From positions 24,924,001 through 24,988,000 of the forward strand of contig CM126210.1 in NCBI GenBank assembly GCA_052327205.1: a stretch of DNA of 64,000 bases, written 5' to 3'. A program made the translations under genes and the position numbers. Origin of the DNA: Somniosus microcephalus. Lineage: Eukaryota. Below are positions 12,565 through 26,169 of the stretch, piece by piece. Below the pieces are notes generated by a model. It did no database searches and had not been told where the DNA came from. It saw only the letters and a list, made by a program, of their open reading frames with translations. Every line of letters starts with the position of its first letter. Position 1 is the first letter of the stretch.

Positions 12565-13076
12565 AAAAACAGAAAATGCTGGAAGCACTCAGCAGGTCAG
12601 GCAGCATCTATGGAGAGAGAAACAGAGTTAACGTTTCAGGTCAATGACTTGGTCAGATTTTTAAGCAAGTGCAGGGGCAGGGAAAGGGGGGAGGGGAGGA
12701 AAGAACAAAAGGGAAGGTCTGTGATAGGGTGGAAGTCAGGAGTGATTAAATGACAAATGGTTTGATGGCGCAAAGCAAGAGGAGATGGTAAAAGGACAAA
12801 GAAACAAAAGATGGGTCTAGAAGAGGTGTAAATGGGAATATCAGAATCATCAGCAATAGCTGCCGTCTGAAAAAACAGGGGCAGAGGTTATGGTCTGAAA
12901 CTGCTGAACTCAAAGTTGAGTCCAGAAGGCTGTAAAGTGCCTAATCCAAAGATGAGGTGCTGCTCCTCGAGCTTACGTTGAGCTTCGTTGGAACAGTGTA
13001 AGTGGCCGAGGACAGAGTGGGAGTGGAGCGGAGAATTAAAGTAACAGGCGACCGGAAGCTCAGGTCATGCTTGCAG
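12565..13076 (-). mobile_element. Penelope-like element 3' fragment (GIY-YIG C-terminus plus pLTR) with 15-bp TSD
   Basis: Minus strand about 13060-12894 encodes LPVACYFNSPLHSHSVLGHLHCSNEAQRKLEEQHLIFGLGTLQPSGLNFEF, the typical PLE endonuclease C-terminus. Flanks are actgttcattaaaat / actgtttattaaaat. Confidence 0.85.
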
Positions 13077-13935
13077 ACTGTTTATTAAAATGTTTGAATC
13101 TGAAGTACAACCAGTCAATCTTCTGTGGCAATTCACACAGGGACTCAAGATCAACAGTCACATTCAAGTGGTGAGGTTCGATGTGGGTGAAATATGTACC
13201 AGGGCTCTTTAAAGTCATATATTCTGTCCTATATTTTCATTATAAATTCCTATGTCCACATTTATAATGGAAAACTTATTGTGCTTAATTACACTGCCCT
13301 GCCAATGGTGGCCTCTTTACTCCCCCTTGCAACATTTTGCTAGAGTGTGGAAGTGACCCACGGTAAAGCTAGTAGAAGTCATGGAGCCATGGAGCCCACT
13401 CACACAAGCTGTCGTCGTTTGGTATTATGGGACTGGGGAAAATGAGGATGGAGTTCACAAAATTCTCCAATGTTATCCTCTGGGGCCAGAGAGACTTTTT
13501 TCCACTGGATGACCAGGACAGTGGCACAGCATCTGACTTCCTTAAGGAAATAGCATTATCTCTATATCCCAGCTATCTGCTTCTTACCCTTTGTATCCAA
13601 GATCTATCCAAATCTTAAAAAAGCATTGACAAGTAGTTTGATAATACAATGTGACATCCAACAGGCACTTCTAGACCTATATCAACATTACATTAAATGT
13701 TGCTCGGGACTTCAAATATCAAAGAGAATAGTAATACTATTAAATCCTCAAACTTTTAGTTTCAATGAAAATACTCCTATGCTTACCACATAAACTAATT
13801 CTAGTTATTATGCATGACTGGAAATGACCTTGTCTCTTTATAATACACCTCTATTTCAGAGCCCAGCTATGATAGCATGCTCGCACATTTTTATTTCTGA
13901 TTTACTTTTTTGGCTAGCTGGGGTGTTTTTCACCT

Positions 13936-13966
<31 letters not shown>

Positions 13967-14060
13967 CTGGGGTGTTTTTCACCCCCCGCCCCCCCCACTT
14001 TTTCCATAATTTTTTGGGGGGTCTGTCTGGTCTGACAATTCTCCAAACAAGAGGATTAGC

Positions 14061-14207
14061 TGCTCAGCACACCTCCTGTCGTCAGTCACCAGGAAGTACC
14101 GAGTATAACTGCTCAGAACACCGCCTGTAGTCAGTCACCAGGAAGTACCGAGTATAACTGCTCAGAACTCCTCCTGTAGTCAGTCACCGGGAAGTACCGA
14201 CTATAAC
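14061..14207. repeat. Minisatellite, 3 x 49 bp
   Basis: Unit tgctcagaacacc(t/g)cctgt(a/c)gtcagtcaccaggaagtaccgagtataac starts at 14061, 14110 and 14159. Confidence 0.95.
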
Positions 14208-14329
14208 TTTCCTCTCTCATTTTCTCTTCCCCACATTGCAAAGTCCATTCTTTGCCATTCCCAGTTGAATGGTATCACTTTGGAAACAATTCTTAAAATC
14301 AGTGATGGATGGCAGTATTTCCTAGTTAT

Positions 14330-14695
14330 CTTTCCTCCTCTCCCCATTGTTGGGGTGAATGCATTTCCCCCAAATGGCTATTCTTTGTATGAACCTGGAC
14401 AGTGAGTAGCAATAATTTTTTTGATCATGAAAGGTATAACAGCCAAACCTTGTACAGTACTATTCTTACCCATCAATACTTGCATACTTCCCTGGAGTAA
14501 CCGAATGCCTATAGGAATGAGAACCAAGCTCAACTATCCCTTCCCTAGGCTGGAACTGAGAGGTCAGATGTAGCAATCCAATGATGGCACCTTTGTAAGA
14601 TCAGTTAATACGACAGAATGAGAATCAAATCTGGGGACTTATGGCTTAGTACTATACCAGGCAGTGCCTTTACACATTAGGCCATCAGGGAGCAT
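14330..14695 (-). mobile_element. Old tRNA-derived SINE-like element
   Basis: Minus strand begins gctccctgatggcctaatgtgtaaaggcactgcc (A-box-like). Related decayed copies at about 27500-27840 and 38345-38720. Confidence 0.45.
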
Positions 14696-15339
14696 TTCAC
14701 TCACTGTTATATTTATTTAAGCAGATATATTATCTCCCTACAATGAAACTATTCATCATTAATTCTGAAGTTTAAGATCTATGAAGAACTACTGTGCAAA
14801 AACAGCACTGGGAAATAGCTGTCACTTACCAGTGAAATATTTCATTTTGCATATACATTCTAAAAACATACTGATAACGGTGGCAGCTCTTTCAATTATT
14901 CTGAAAATTAAGCAATTGTCCGAAACATGCTATTGGATTAAAAAAAATCAAGAACACTGAAAATGTCATTATCCAGATGTTCTCAGGGAAAGTTGGCAAA
15001 GCCAGGACATTATTCAGTTGTTCAGTATTTGGTTTCTTTATATTGGAAGAAAATGCATTCCCCCTACATGCCACTTCAAGTTACTTTTCCCAGGCCATAA
15101 AAATTAGAGAAATGAAACTGGCAATACTCAAAATGATCAGTTGTTGGACTAAGGCCAGTAATAAACAAATTAATGGCAAATAACATTCGCCAAGGAACTT
15201 TCAGTTGAGTCAGCAGCACATGGTTTCGCGTACATCAGGCGCACCAAAAATCTCACTGGATTCACAATGCCTTGCACAATGAATCCACTTTTTGTATCTG
15301 GCTGAATGCATTCACATTGTTCAAAGACAACAAGACCAC

Positions 15340-15890
15340 AGAGAGAAGTACAAATCGTGGAGGCCATTCGGCGCAACTAGCTCATCCTTCGAGAATCATA
15401 TAATTTCTCTCATCACAGTAAGTAACAGTCTCTTAAATGAATCCAGAGCTTTTGCCTCTACTACTCTACCTATAGAACAAGTTCAGGTATTAATCACTGA
15501 GTGAAACAGCACTCTCTGGCACCAGTTCTCAAGATGCCTCTTACAGTTTGTACCTATAATCCCTTGTCCTGCAGTCATGCCTTTCAAGTCGACATAAAAG
15601 ATCCCATGGCAATTTTTGGAAGAGCAGGGAGTTCTCCTGGTTTAATTTGAAATACTATTCTGACTAACCTTTGTATTCTACTTAGTATCATATACTTCTA
15701 TGAAGTCTCCTCTCATGAAACTCTTTTCAAGACTGAAGAGACTGATTAAAAAAAAAATCTTTCCTAATTTAAGTCCTCTGACACTAGGATCAGCCTCTAG
15801 TCTTTTCTCTGCATTGCTTCAAGGTGTGGATGCTTCCTGGTGCTTTGGTAATCAGAACGGATTGCAGTTTTAAGCTGCAGCTGAACCAGA
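15340..15890 (-). mobile_element. Old CR1 3' fragment with small Deu-SINE piece inserted
   Basis: ggaggccattcgg tail and degenerate coding remnant. taaaagatcccatggca...gaagagcagggagttctcc insert at about 15590-15640. Confidence 0.6.
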
Positions 15891-16189
15891 GAATATCAAA
15901 AGCAAAACACTGCAGATGCTGGAAATCTGAAATAAAAACAGAAAATGCTGAAATGGTCAGGTAGCATCTGTTGAGAATTATACGCCTTCAGCATGACCGC
16001 CTCAGGCTTGCACTGCAATGGTTGAGCAATATAGCTCAGAATTTTGTTTACTTCTTTAAGTGTTGCTTTGCAATGTCTGGGTGTGTTAAGTATGGAGTCT
16101 ACTATACATCCAGATCTTGTGCTCGTTCCTTAACTATTTCGACTTTATTCACAGAATAAATATATCCCCATTTTTTCCTGACACCAAGC

Positions 16190-16605
16190 AGTAGCAGTGC
16201 TCTCATCTCAGAGTCAGAATGTTGTGGGTTCAAGCTCCACTCCAGGACTCGAGTACCTGATGTAGGCTGACACTTTAGTACAGTGCTGAAGGAGTTCTGC
16301 ATTATCAGAGGCGCCCTATTTTCAACGAGACATTAAACTGAGGCCCATTCTGCCTTTCAGATGTACTTCAAAGATTCCATGGAACTTTTTCCAAAAAAGA
16401 GCAGGGAGTTCTCCCGATGTCTGGCCAAAATTCATCCCTCCACTAACAGTACCAAAACAGATCTATTTAGGTCATTTGTTGTTTATAGGGCCTGGCTTTG
16501 TTCAAATTGGCTGCTGTGTTTACCTCCAAACAGCAGTGATTCATTAGCTGTGAAATGCTTTGGGGGTGCCCTGAAGAGCGAAAAGTGCTGTACAAATGAA
16601 AGCTT
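16190..16605 (+). mobile_element. Deu-domain SINE (SacSINE1/AmnSINE1-related), older copy
   Basis: B-box ggttcaagctcc, Deu-domain core and L2-type tail. Confidence 0.8.
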
Positions 16606-17079
16606 GTTAGCTCAATCTTGCAATATGCAACACCTTACATATATCGGTGTTCAATTTTATTTTCTACATTCTTCCCCACTTCTAAATTTCGTCTAGGCCC
16701 TTGTGATGTTCCTTGACCGCTTCATGAGGCTTGACTAACTCCCCGCCCCCACCTCTGTTTAGTATCATCACATACAAATTTCACCAACTTGCATTAGGTT
16801 TCTGAATCTAAGTCATTTATGTAGATGGTAAACGTAGGAGCCTCCAAGACCAATGTTTGGAGAACTCCACTCAGTACAGCTTCCTAGCCCGACATCAGTT
16901 CCCTAATTAGCACTTTCTGCTTTTCCTTCAACTAAATTGTACTTGATCATCAAATTTACACCATCAATACATATTATATTAATCCCCATTAACAGATATT
17001 CTCAACCATAATTATAGATACCATGCCTAATCCTGGTTAATCTTCAATCTCCATGCTGTCGCCATGACTCCACCCTATT

Positions 17080-17400
17080 CCCAGCCACTGAGTGAGGCTG
17101 AACCTCAGCATTCCATTCAACAACACCGAGCTGAGCTTTTGACACCATATACTCTCCATCACCAAGGCCGCCTTCCACCTCTTTACCATTGTCCATCTGC
17201 TACTGAAACCCTCATCGATGCCGGTCAACTCCAGACTCGATTCCTCCAATATTGCTCTGGTTGGCATCACATGCCCACACGTTTCATAAACTGCAGCTCA
17301 TCCAAAGCCCTGTTGCCCATAACTTACGCTGCATGAATTCCAGCTTGCCCATTACACTTCCATGGCTTCACCCCTCCGTGTCCCTGTAACTTCCTGCAGC
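17080..17400 (+). mobile_element. Decayed L2 fragment
   Basis: ctgaaaccctcatcgatgcc...ctccagactcga...cagctcatccaaa resembles the other L2 copies. Confidence 0.6.
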
Positions 17401-20033
17401 ATGCAAAATTGTGTTGTTAAAATGTAATGTAATTTAAGGTTTTGTTATTTACTGTAATTTATATTTCACTGAAGGACCTTCTACACATTGTTGCTCTGTT
17501 TTGATCTGTGATGTACAGCTGATTTGTAATGCTCGTGAAACACCTCTCCCATACAAAAAACATTTCCCGCATAAACATTACCCATGAAAGACAGTGCACA
17601 GTCAGTTCAAAGAACAACTGAGCTTAAATAAATATTCCGAGAAATAAAAAGTGGGGAACGGTTGGTGGGTCATGAAAACCTCTCTTTGGAGAAACTGGGT
17701 GGTACTCTCCAAGTCATACCTCTGGATCAATTCTTAAAACAGTACCATTTTGGAGGCTGTGCAAATACATATCTAAAGGGAGAAAACCCAAAAGGAAATA
17801 AATAAATGTATCACCTGTCACAGAAATTGGTAACAGGCACTTTCCAGCGCAGATTTCCAGGTGATACAAGACAACAGCCTCAGAGGTACATTCTCCTTTT
17901 CTGCTCCATGCTGTTATTTGTAAACTGAAATATTCTAATTACCTTGACCAAGTTAATTAACATTATAAAGATTAATCACAGCCATTCCATTAGAATGTTT
18001 ATGATAGGATGCAGAGGTTAGTTACCTATTTAGAAAATAATTAATCCAATTTAGTTTCTTGGTGCTATTGTAAAGCTGAAATCGATTTGTCATCTGCTGT
18101 GTAGTAGCTACCAACATGCCTAATTCATATTGTAAGTGGCATATATGATGGTGGGCATTTAAAAAAATGCAAATATTGCAGTCATTAACATTAACAGATG
18201 TCTGCAAAATCCACTTGGTGATACTGCCATCAAAATGACCATTCCACCTTTAAAGATGCAGGCAGACAATATCCAATTCCATATGGAATTGAACTTTGAT
18301 TAAGTATTGGGTGGAAACTAGCTGAAACTTAAGGATTTTAATGAAATCGATGATTTTTTTTTCAAGGATTTCTTTGTATAAATTAGTTTCAACTGCTCCA
18401 ATGAGTCCTTAGGGGTTAGTCCTGCAGATAATGTTTAGTGTGAGTGATCTGTTCACCAAGTGCAAGCCAGTTTTGTGTAATCTTATGAACTTTAAGAATT
18501 ACCTGCAACTCATGCCAATATTCAAAGTATACTTCCTGACGATGTACTGATTGGAAACAATTCCCTGACATACAATGACATAACCATCATACACAAATGC
18601 ATTTATTTCTTTTCCCGGGGTGACTATTACAACGCGACTGGGATGATTGCCAATTTCCCGACAAATATTTTCTCATCTTCTAGGAAGCCAAATAGCATTT
18701 TTTCCTACCATGTCTGACCATGAGCACAGTGCAGCAGGCCCAGAAGGCAATGTGACTGACTGCCATCAATCTTTATCAAAGACCAGGAAAGCTAGCATGT
18801 GAAAAACCCAGAAATGAAGGTTGAACATTTTGGAAAGCATATGAAGACAGCAGGGATGGATTAAGCATAGGGAAAACGAAGATATGAATAAACCAGTGAT
18901 GGGAGCAGAGCTACAGTGTAAGAAGCAAAGAGTCATGGAAAAAAAAGTTATAAATAGAGAAGTAGAAAGATTCTGGGGACCCGAGACACTGGAAGGGAGA
19001 AGATGGTGGACCTTCAAAGCATGGATGAGATTGAGATGTAGACCAGTCTCCTTGTTAACACAACCGGCTTTTTCCACAGGATCTTTTGATCTAATTCTGA
19101 CAGGCTAACATGAAATCAAGTTAAGCTTAAATTCTGGCAATGAAAAAACCTGGAAAGCTCCACGTCTGAAGATCAAGGTGAAATTTTGTTGGTGCTGGTT
19201 GGTCTGATAATCAGATTGATTATTGAAACAGAAAATGCCAGAAGGACATAGCATCCATCAAGAGAAAAGACAAGTATATGATGTTTTGGATTTGTACCCG
19301 TCTTCAGAACAAACTGAACTGCGGTGTATTTCCAGCATTTCCAATTTTTATTTCAGATTTACAGCATTTGGAGTTTTTCCTTCATTATGTTCTTTCATAT
19401 TTGATTCTTATTAAATTATATGTATTTAACAGCTTTTACCCATGTTAGATGACGTGCCATTCATTACGTAACTGCGAAAATCAATTCTACCATTTTTTTT
19501 TTTTTTTTTTAAAAAGTGAAATTTAATGTAGAATTATCTGTGTGCGCGCACACACACGTGAGTGCATGCGTGCAGTGTGTGTTCTTTTTCCCCTTAGTGT
19601 ACAAGGGACTGACGAGAACTGTTGCAGTTGCACAAGGAAAATTAGACCTGGTCAATTAAAACCAGTCTTGGGAGCTTCGCAAAGCTCATTCACCCTTTGT
19701 TGTAAAGTAGGAATAGCTGCTGATTAATGCCATCTTTTATTTGAAGTGCCGTTGAGTGGAAAAACTAAACTTTCTAGAACTGAAGACTGAAGTCATCCAG
19801 TATGGCTCCACCAGAAATCCTGGATTCTGATTTCATACCACTTCCTAGCTACTCGCTCAGAGTAAACCTGATGATGCACAATCTTTGTGTCATGTTTGGC
19901 TGTGAGCTGAGCTACAAATTCCTACACTACTCATCACCAAGACTGCTATTTCCACCACTAGAATGTCACCTACCTCTGTCCACACATCACTGCTGAAAAC
20001 ATTATACACATTGTCTTCACTTTAAGACTCTAC

Positions 20034-20860
20034 GGGCTGGATTTTGCTACGGGGGCGGGTTGGAGGTGGGAAACCCACATTCGGGCTTGTTGTCCCGCCT
20101 CCATGGAGATGTGGCCAACCCACTGGATTTTCCTCTGATTGACCTTGTTGAGCCCGCCCTGTGGGCTCAGCAGGCCAATTAAGGGCCACCTGGCAACAGG
20201 TGACGTCAGAGATTGACATTTCATCTGTCAAAAGCTTTTGGCAGATGAAATATCAGTGTTTAACAGCTGTTTGAAGCTATCAAGCACTGAAAAACTGCTA
20301 ATTCAGCCTCAGTCCTTTCTCAGGATAACTTTAAAATCATTTTGCTGCAGAAACCAAGAAGCTGATTTTTTTTTTTTTTTTATTAAATCGGAGCTTCTGT
20401 GGTTCTTGCAGCCGACTCCCGACACCAGAATGCAGGACTCCTGTAAAGGTAAGTAAAAGTAAGTTAAACTTATTTAAACACTTTAAACACTTGCAAAACA
20501 CTTACCTTTGCACTCCTGCACCCCTCACTCACCTGAACACTGGGCATCTCGACCCCTCCAAGACCTCAGACCCACGTCCCGCCTCGAAAACTTTTCGTGG
20601 TTTGGAGCTGTCGGGAAGCCCACAAACCAGGAATAAAAATCGCGAATAGGCAAAAAACTACCTGTTAACTACCTGTTAACAGGCAGTTTAATTGCCTTTA
20701 ATCCCTTCCCGCCTCTGGGAGTCGGGTTCCAGCACTTGTCGGCAACCTGACTCCTATGAAATTGACATGGAGGCGGGATGGGGTCGGGACCCCCGGATCT
20801 CCGATTTTTATCACCCGCACGCCTCCAACCCGACTCCAGGGGCTTAGGAAAATCCAGCCC
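20034..20860. mobile_element. MITE, PIF/Harbinger-like, family B copy 1
   Basis: TIR gggctggatttt / aaaatccagccc with TAC on both sides. Homologous to 36217-37059 (shared gttaactac(c/a)tgttaacaggcagtt). Confidence 0.85.
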
Positions 20861-21083
20861 TACTTCTCCAAAGCGCTCTTCACCAGCTGGCGGCTTCAGG
20901 TCTGCTCCTTATACACTCCAACTCACTTAAATCCTGCTGCCTACATTCCATCCCCATCATTAGTTCACGTTATTAAATCCACATAATTAATAAGCAAAAA
21001 AACTAACCCGACAGTCAAAAATTAAAAAGTGGTATTCAATTTTAAGAAGCCTACTCCCACAGGCCAAGTTATCCTCAGCTCTC

Positions 21084-21495
21084 TGTCAGCCGTGGCTCAG
21101 TGGGTAGCACTGTTGGCCGGAGTTAGAAGGTTGTGTATTCAAGTCCCACTCCAGAGACCCGGCTGATACTCCAGTGCAGTATAGAAGGAGTGCTGCACTG
21201 TCGGAGGTGCTGTCTTTCGGATGAGACGTCCACCTGAGAGCAGACGGGGCCATGGTTTGATGCAAAAGATCCCATGGCGCTATTTCAAAGAGGAGCAGGG
21301 GAGTCATCCCTGGTGTCCTGGTCAATATTTGTCTCTCAACATTGCTGTTTGTGGGAGCTTGCTGTGCGCAAATTGGCTGCCGTGTTTCCTACATTACAAC
21401 AGCGACTCCACTTCAAAAAGTACTTCATTGGCTGGAAAGCGCTTTGGGACGTCTGCTGATCGTGAAAGGCGCTATATAAATGCAAGCCTTCCTTC
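21084..21495 (+). mobile_element. Deu-domain SINE (SacSINE1-like)
   Basis: tRNA-like head gccgtggctcagtgggtagcac...ttcaagtccc, Deu core ggaggtgctgtctttcggatgagacg...aaagatcccatggc, and tail gtgaaaggcgctatataaatgcaag. Confidence 0.9.
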
Positions 21496-23039
21496 CTTTT
21501 TCAAAAGGGCAAGCGGGTTGTGAGAAAGTCACAATTTCCAGCAAAAAACACAAATTTAGAGGTATAAAGAGATTTTTGCTGCCTATCAGCACAACCTCCA
21601 AAGTGCCATTTCTGTCTCTTAAATTGTAGCCTGCTGCTACCTGACTTAGTGTCCTACACCTCACCTTAGTGAGCCGGTGTACTGCTAATAATGTTTATAT
21701 TTTCACCACCCAATCATGTAGTATGCACCATATCATCGTTATATTGGCCTGTTTTTCTTCTCAGTTAACAAACTTCAGACAATGTGTGAGCAGAAGGTTG
21801 GCAATATAGAAACCCCTTCGAGTTGTAGCATCATACATAAAGCAAAAGAAATATCAAACTACACAAGTTTCTTTAAAAACAAAGTCATTTTGTTGCCAAT
21901 TCATAAAACTTATGGTACATTAGAGGGCACTATGCAGTACTAACATCTTTGCATGCTAAGCCTCAACATGTTTCAATGCACCACTGAAAGGTTTTCCCAT
22001 GAACAAGAATGAACTCATTAAATAAAACATTAGGTTTTAATTAAATCAGATCAAATTTAAACTAGCTCTAGTACAACTCATATTGATTGATTAAAATCTG
22101 TTCGCCCATGAGAAAGCGTTTCTATGGAGATTAGTAAAAGTAACCAGAGTACATTCCATTCTCAGAAACCCTTTGAGTTTCCACCACATCAATTACATAT
22201 CACGACTGAATTTTTTGACTCAAGATCTTGATTGGCACCGAAACAGATGAATGAGCTGCAGAATTTAAAATCTGCTGCTACAACGGTAGTCAATAACACA
22301 ATAGTGTGCTGCACCCTGGTTACATTAATTACAAAAAGCAAACTCGATAAAACAAGCTGATTTGCTCAATTTAGCATTTACAAACAAAACTAATGACTAT
22401 CTACATTTTTTTTTAATAAAAGGAACATAACTCAAACAATAGCTATAATGTGCTATCATCCCATGGTACTGAGCCATGGAACTCTGATCTTGGTCATACT
22501 ACTTAGGGAGGCGCCAATGAATGAACAGATTACATCACAGGAGGTGTTGTGTCTTTGGGTTTTACTCAGATATTTCTCTTGTGCTAAAAGTCAAGGACCA
22601 CTCCTTTAAGCAAGCTGTTGTCCCCTACAAACTGGAGTTGGACCATATTTTCTCCTTTCTCTCTCACATGTACATAAACACACAACCATATATTCTAGCT
22701 CTGTCGTATCACCCAAATGTTGAACAGAGTATTTCCTGTAATATTTAGCTTACTGGTCAGGACACAATGCCCACAGTCTCCTATACTTTGAAAATTGGAA
22801 GAATAAACATGTCAGACCATGGTTAAGACTATATTAAGACTAAACTACAAAGCAGTAGCTTGAACTAATTTTAGCAAAACTTGACTCACATTGACTTCGT
22901 TAACTCTCTTCATAATACAAAAGCGAGACTAGCATCAGTACTGTAACTCCTATATCGGAGTATTCATAATGGTCCACAGAGCTCCACAAGACTACTTCTG
23001 CATAAGGTCTATACAGAGATACAAGTTAGAACTGGCAAG

Positions 23040-24135
23040 TGAAACTCAGCGTAAACTTGACAAACAGCAGCTCATTTTTCTAGTAGGTACTTTGCAACCC
23101 TTTCGTCTTAACAGTAGCTATAACAAATTAGGACCCTAACCAAAACTCCCATTTTGGGGGGGGGGGGGGGGGGGTGGGTGCGCGCAGGGGGTAGGTTGGT
23201 ACCTGGAGTGGGCACTCACCATCGGAACACAACTGGTAGGGTAGTCTGTGCCCTTGCTGGCAAACTGCTTCCCCCATCCCCATCTTCGACCAGACTCCCG
23301 AGCCGCTGGAGCCTGCCGCTGGTTTTTCATGCTTCCCTTTCTACCTATTTCCCCTTTAGTTTTTCACACTTTGTCTTGTGACAAAAATATATATTTTTTT
23401 TAAAAACCTTGTCTGATGATGTCATTCACTGTTATTCAAGCGTTGAGTTTGCAGAAAAAGAGCTTCAATTGCTTATTTATAAATAAACCGATAGTGACAC
23501 TAACCGAAAGGCAACTGCATAGTGTCCTCTCAAACTGAGGAAGTACCACCAATATAATTAAACATAAAATCTAATTAAACTAAAATACACTCATAATTTA
23601 AATCGTAATATTATCGGTGTCGATCAGACACTATGCCTTGCAGTGCCCACCGGTCGCGGAAAGCCCCAAGCATACCGGTGGACACCGCATGTTCCCTTTC
23701 CAAGGCCACCCTGGCATGGACTAACCTGTGAAAGAGCGGCAGGCAGCAGCCAGAGTAACCCTCCCCACGAGCCAGGCTCATCCTGGAGCTGTGAATGGCT
23801 GTCCTCGCCAGTCCCAGGAGCTAACCCACAAGAAGGTCCTCCGACTTGCCTGCCCCCCTCTTTGTCTTGCATGCGTCTTTTCCTTCTTTGATTTCTCTCA
23901 TTATGCCTCCTGATGACATCACATTTGCCATTCAATCACCTCCTGTCCTCTACCCAAACACTTTACCTGTGGGTACATGCGTTTTGCTTCCTTTCCCTCA
24001 TTGTGTTCCTATTTAAATGCTGCTCGTTGTAGTAGCTCCTAGTCCTGAGCAAGAGCCAATGGCTCGACATGTTAACTGGACTTTTTTTTAAATGGACGCT
24101 GCCTGGCCTGCTGAGTGTTTCCAGCTTTTTTTTCT
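23040..24135 (+). mobile_element. Old Penelope-like 3' fragment interrupted by an unclassified insert (about 23136-23860)
   Basis: 23041 onward encodes ETQRKLDKQQLIFLVGTLQPFRLN (GIY-YIG C-terminus). Degenerate hammerhead/pLTR at 24041-24130. Confidence 0.6.
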
Positions 24136-24354
24136 TTTCAAAAGCAAAAAGGTCTTTTACACAAACAAACGCAGTTGCCTCTCACAGTTGGATTCAAAGA
24201 CATCAGACAGGTCTCCCAGCCCATCTGTCTCCAGCTAACCAAGGTGACAAGCTGATAATCATCCAGGCTGAATACATTGATACCTATACACGTAGGTATC
24301 AGTAAAGTGCTTCTTGTGAGATTGACACAAATGGCTTGGCCATTAAAAGATATT

Positions 24355-25560
24355 GACTTGAAATTTGCAGTGCGCTCGCCGTCATTACTGTGCAAAACTG
24401 ACAGTGACTGCTGGCGTCCGTACAAGCACAGGTAAAGGTGGAAATCCAGAAGTTGCTGTTAGTGATATCTGGCTGCCCGTGTCCTAACTCGCACCAAGTC
24501 CCGATCACTCATCACCCCTATGCTTGCTGACCTGCATTGGCTCCCAGTTAAGCAACGCCTGGATATCAAAATTCTCATCCTTGATTTCAAATCCCTCCAT
24601 GGCCTCACCCCTCCCTATCTCTGTAAACTCCTTCAGCCCCACAGCCCCAACTGAGATATTGGCGCTCCTTTAATTCTGCCCTCGAGCATCCCTGATTATA
24701 ATTGCTCAATCATTGGTGGCCGTGCCTTCTGTTGCCTGCCTAAACCTCTCCGTCCCTCTCTCCTCCTTTAAGATGCTCCTTAAAACCTACCTCTTTGACC
24801 AAGCTTTTGGTCATCTGCCCTAATTTCTCCTTATATGGCTCAGCGTCAAATTTTTTGTCTTATAATACTCCTGTGAAGCACTTTGGGACATTTTACTATG
24901 GTTAAGGACGCTATATAAATACACATTGTTGTTGCTGTTCCTCAACAGGGTGTGCTGTTGCAGTCTTTGCACATGAAATCAATACAGAATCAGCGATTTG
25001 ATATGAACTTCAACTTTTTATGCACTAACTCGCTGTAAAAATCACTGAAAATGTGAAGCCTTGTTGAATGAGGTGTAACGGGGTTTTTAATGGTGTACTA
25101 AGTCATAATTACTGATCAACCTCTCTGGCCCTGAAAAACTCATTTTATAAGTGTGGAGAGTCATTCTTTCCATTTCATGATAAAAATTCCATGCTTTTTA
25201 AAATAGTTAATTTGTATTTTATCTTTTTAGTTTGTTTGATATTTCAGCTTCTACCTTAATCGCATGTGTATGTCCTAATCTTTATTTAACTTTCTGTAAA
25301 ATGAGTAAAAAAGTGAATTATAATTGTGCCTTTTACTTTCTGGTTTGCCGTCAGAATTCTTGAATCTGATTGGCTGATCAGCCTACTTGAGGACATCACT
25401 GTTGTTGGATGCCACAGATCCCCTACAGATGGCGCCAGATTGAAAGGCACGTTGGAATAGGAGAAATTCACGCTCTAGAGCTCGCTAAATCTTTGTGGGC
25501 AGCTTTCTTCGAGACCAGCGACAACCGCCGTCCCATCGCCGCTGATCGCAAAACCCGGGC
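24355..25560. mobile_element. Old Harbinger-like MITE (family C) with nested L2 3' end at about 24470-24938
   Basis: ATT on both sides of degenerate TIRs. Internal caacctctctggccctgaaa motif resembles sequence in the elements at 56615 and 59215. Confidence 0.6.
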
Positions 25561-26169
25561 ATTAACTTATGCAGGCCAACTGGTGTCAGGGTATGCAGCT
25601 GCACCATCTGGATCTGCTTTTCCTCAATGCAATTTCTAGTCATTACAGTATGTAGATTCTACCTCAAACACAGACACCTACCTCAACAAAAACAGAGGTC
25701 AACAGCAACAGAAATTTGAAGTGAGCAGATAAAAATGTACAGGCATTATGATTTGATATGTGATGAGCCTCCCGATTCTGCACAAGGTCCCAATCTGCAG
25801 CTCAACCCATTGGCCTCAGAAGGGATTGCTACATGTTAATTGTGAAATTTTGTACAGTACTTTTCTCCTGTATAATTTTCTCTTCCAATCCACCCTCTCC
25901 TGAAGGCAGAAACTCATGCTGGGGTATAATTCCTTGAGCAGTGATAATCACTGCTACCTTGCCTAATTGACCATATTTGAGGCTGGACAGTGAGTGTTGG
26001 TAGAATAGTTGATCATTGGAGGGGTTGTCACAGCCAAGCTCAATGCTGCCCTCATCCAATACCAATAGTATTTTTTTATTTTTTTAAATTTTTTATTTTT
26101 TAAAAGCAACGTTAAATAATTCAATCATAGAACCCCAAATCCTACATTTAACTGGATTATTTATTTCCA

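Noticed and set aside
14061-14207. Possible CRISPR-like array
   Set aside because: Units are contiguous with no unique spacers, there are no cas genes, and the context is a vertebrate intron. It is a minisatellite.
21084-21155. tRNA gene
   Set aside because: It is a tRNA-derived SINE head that continues into a Deu domain and LINE tail. No complete cloverleaf.
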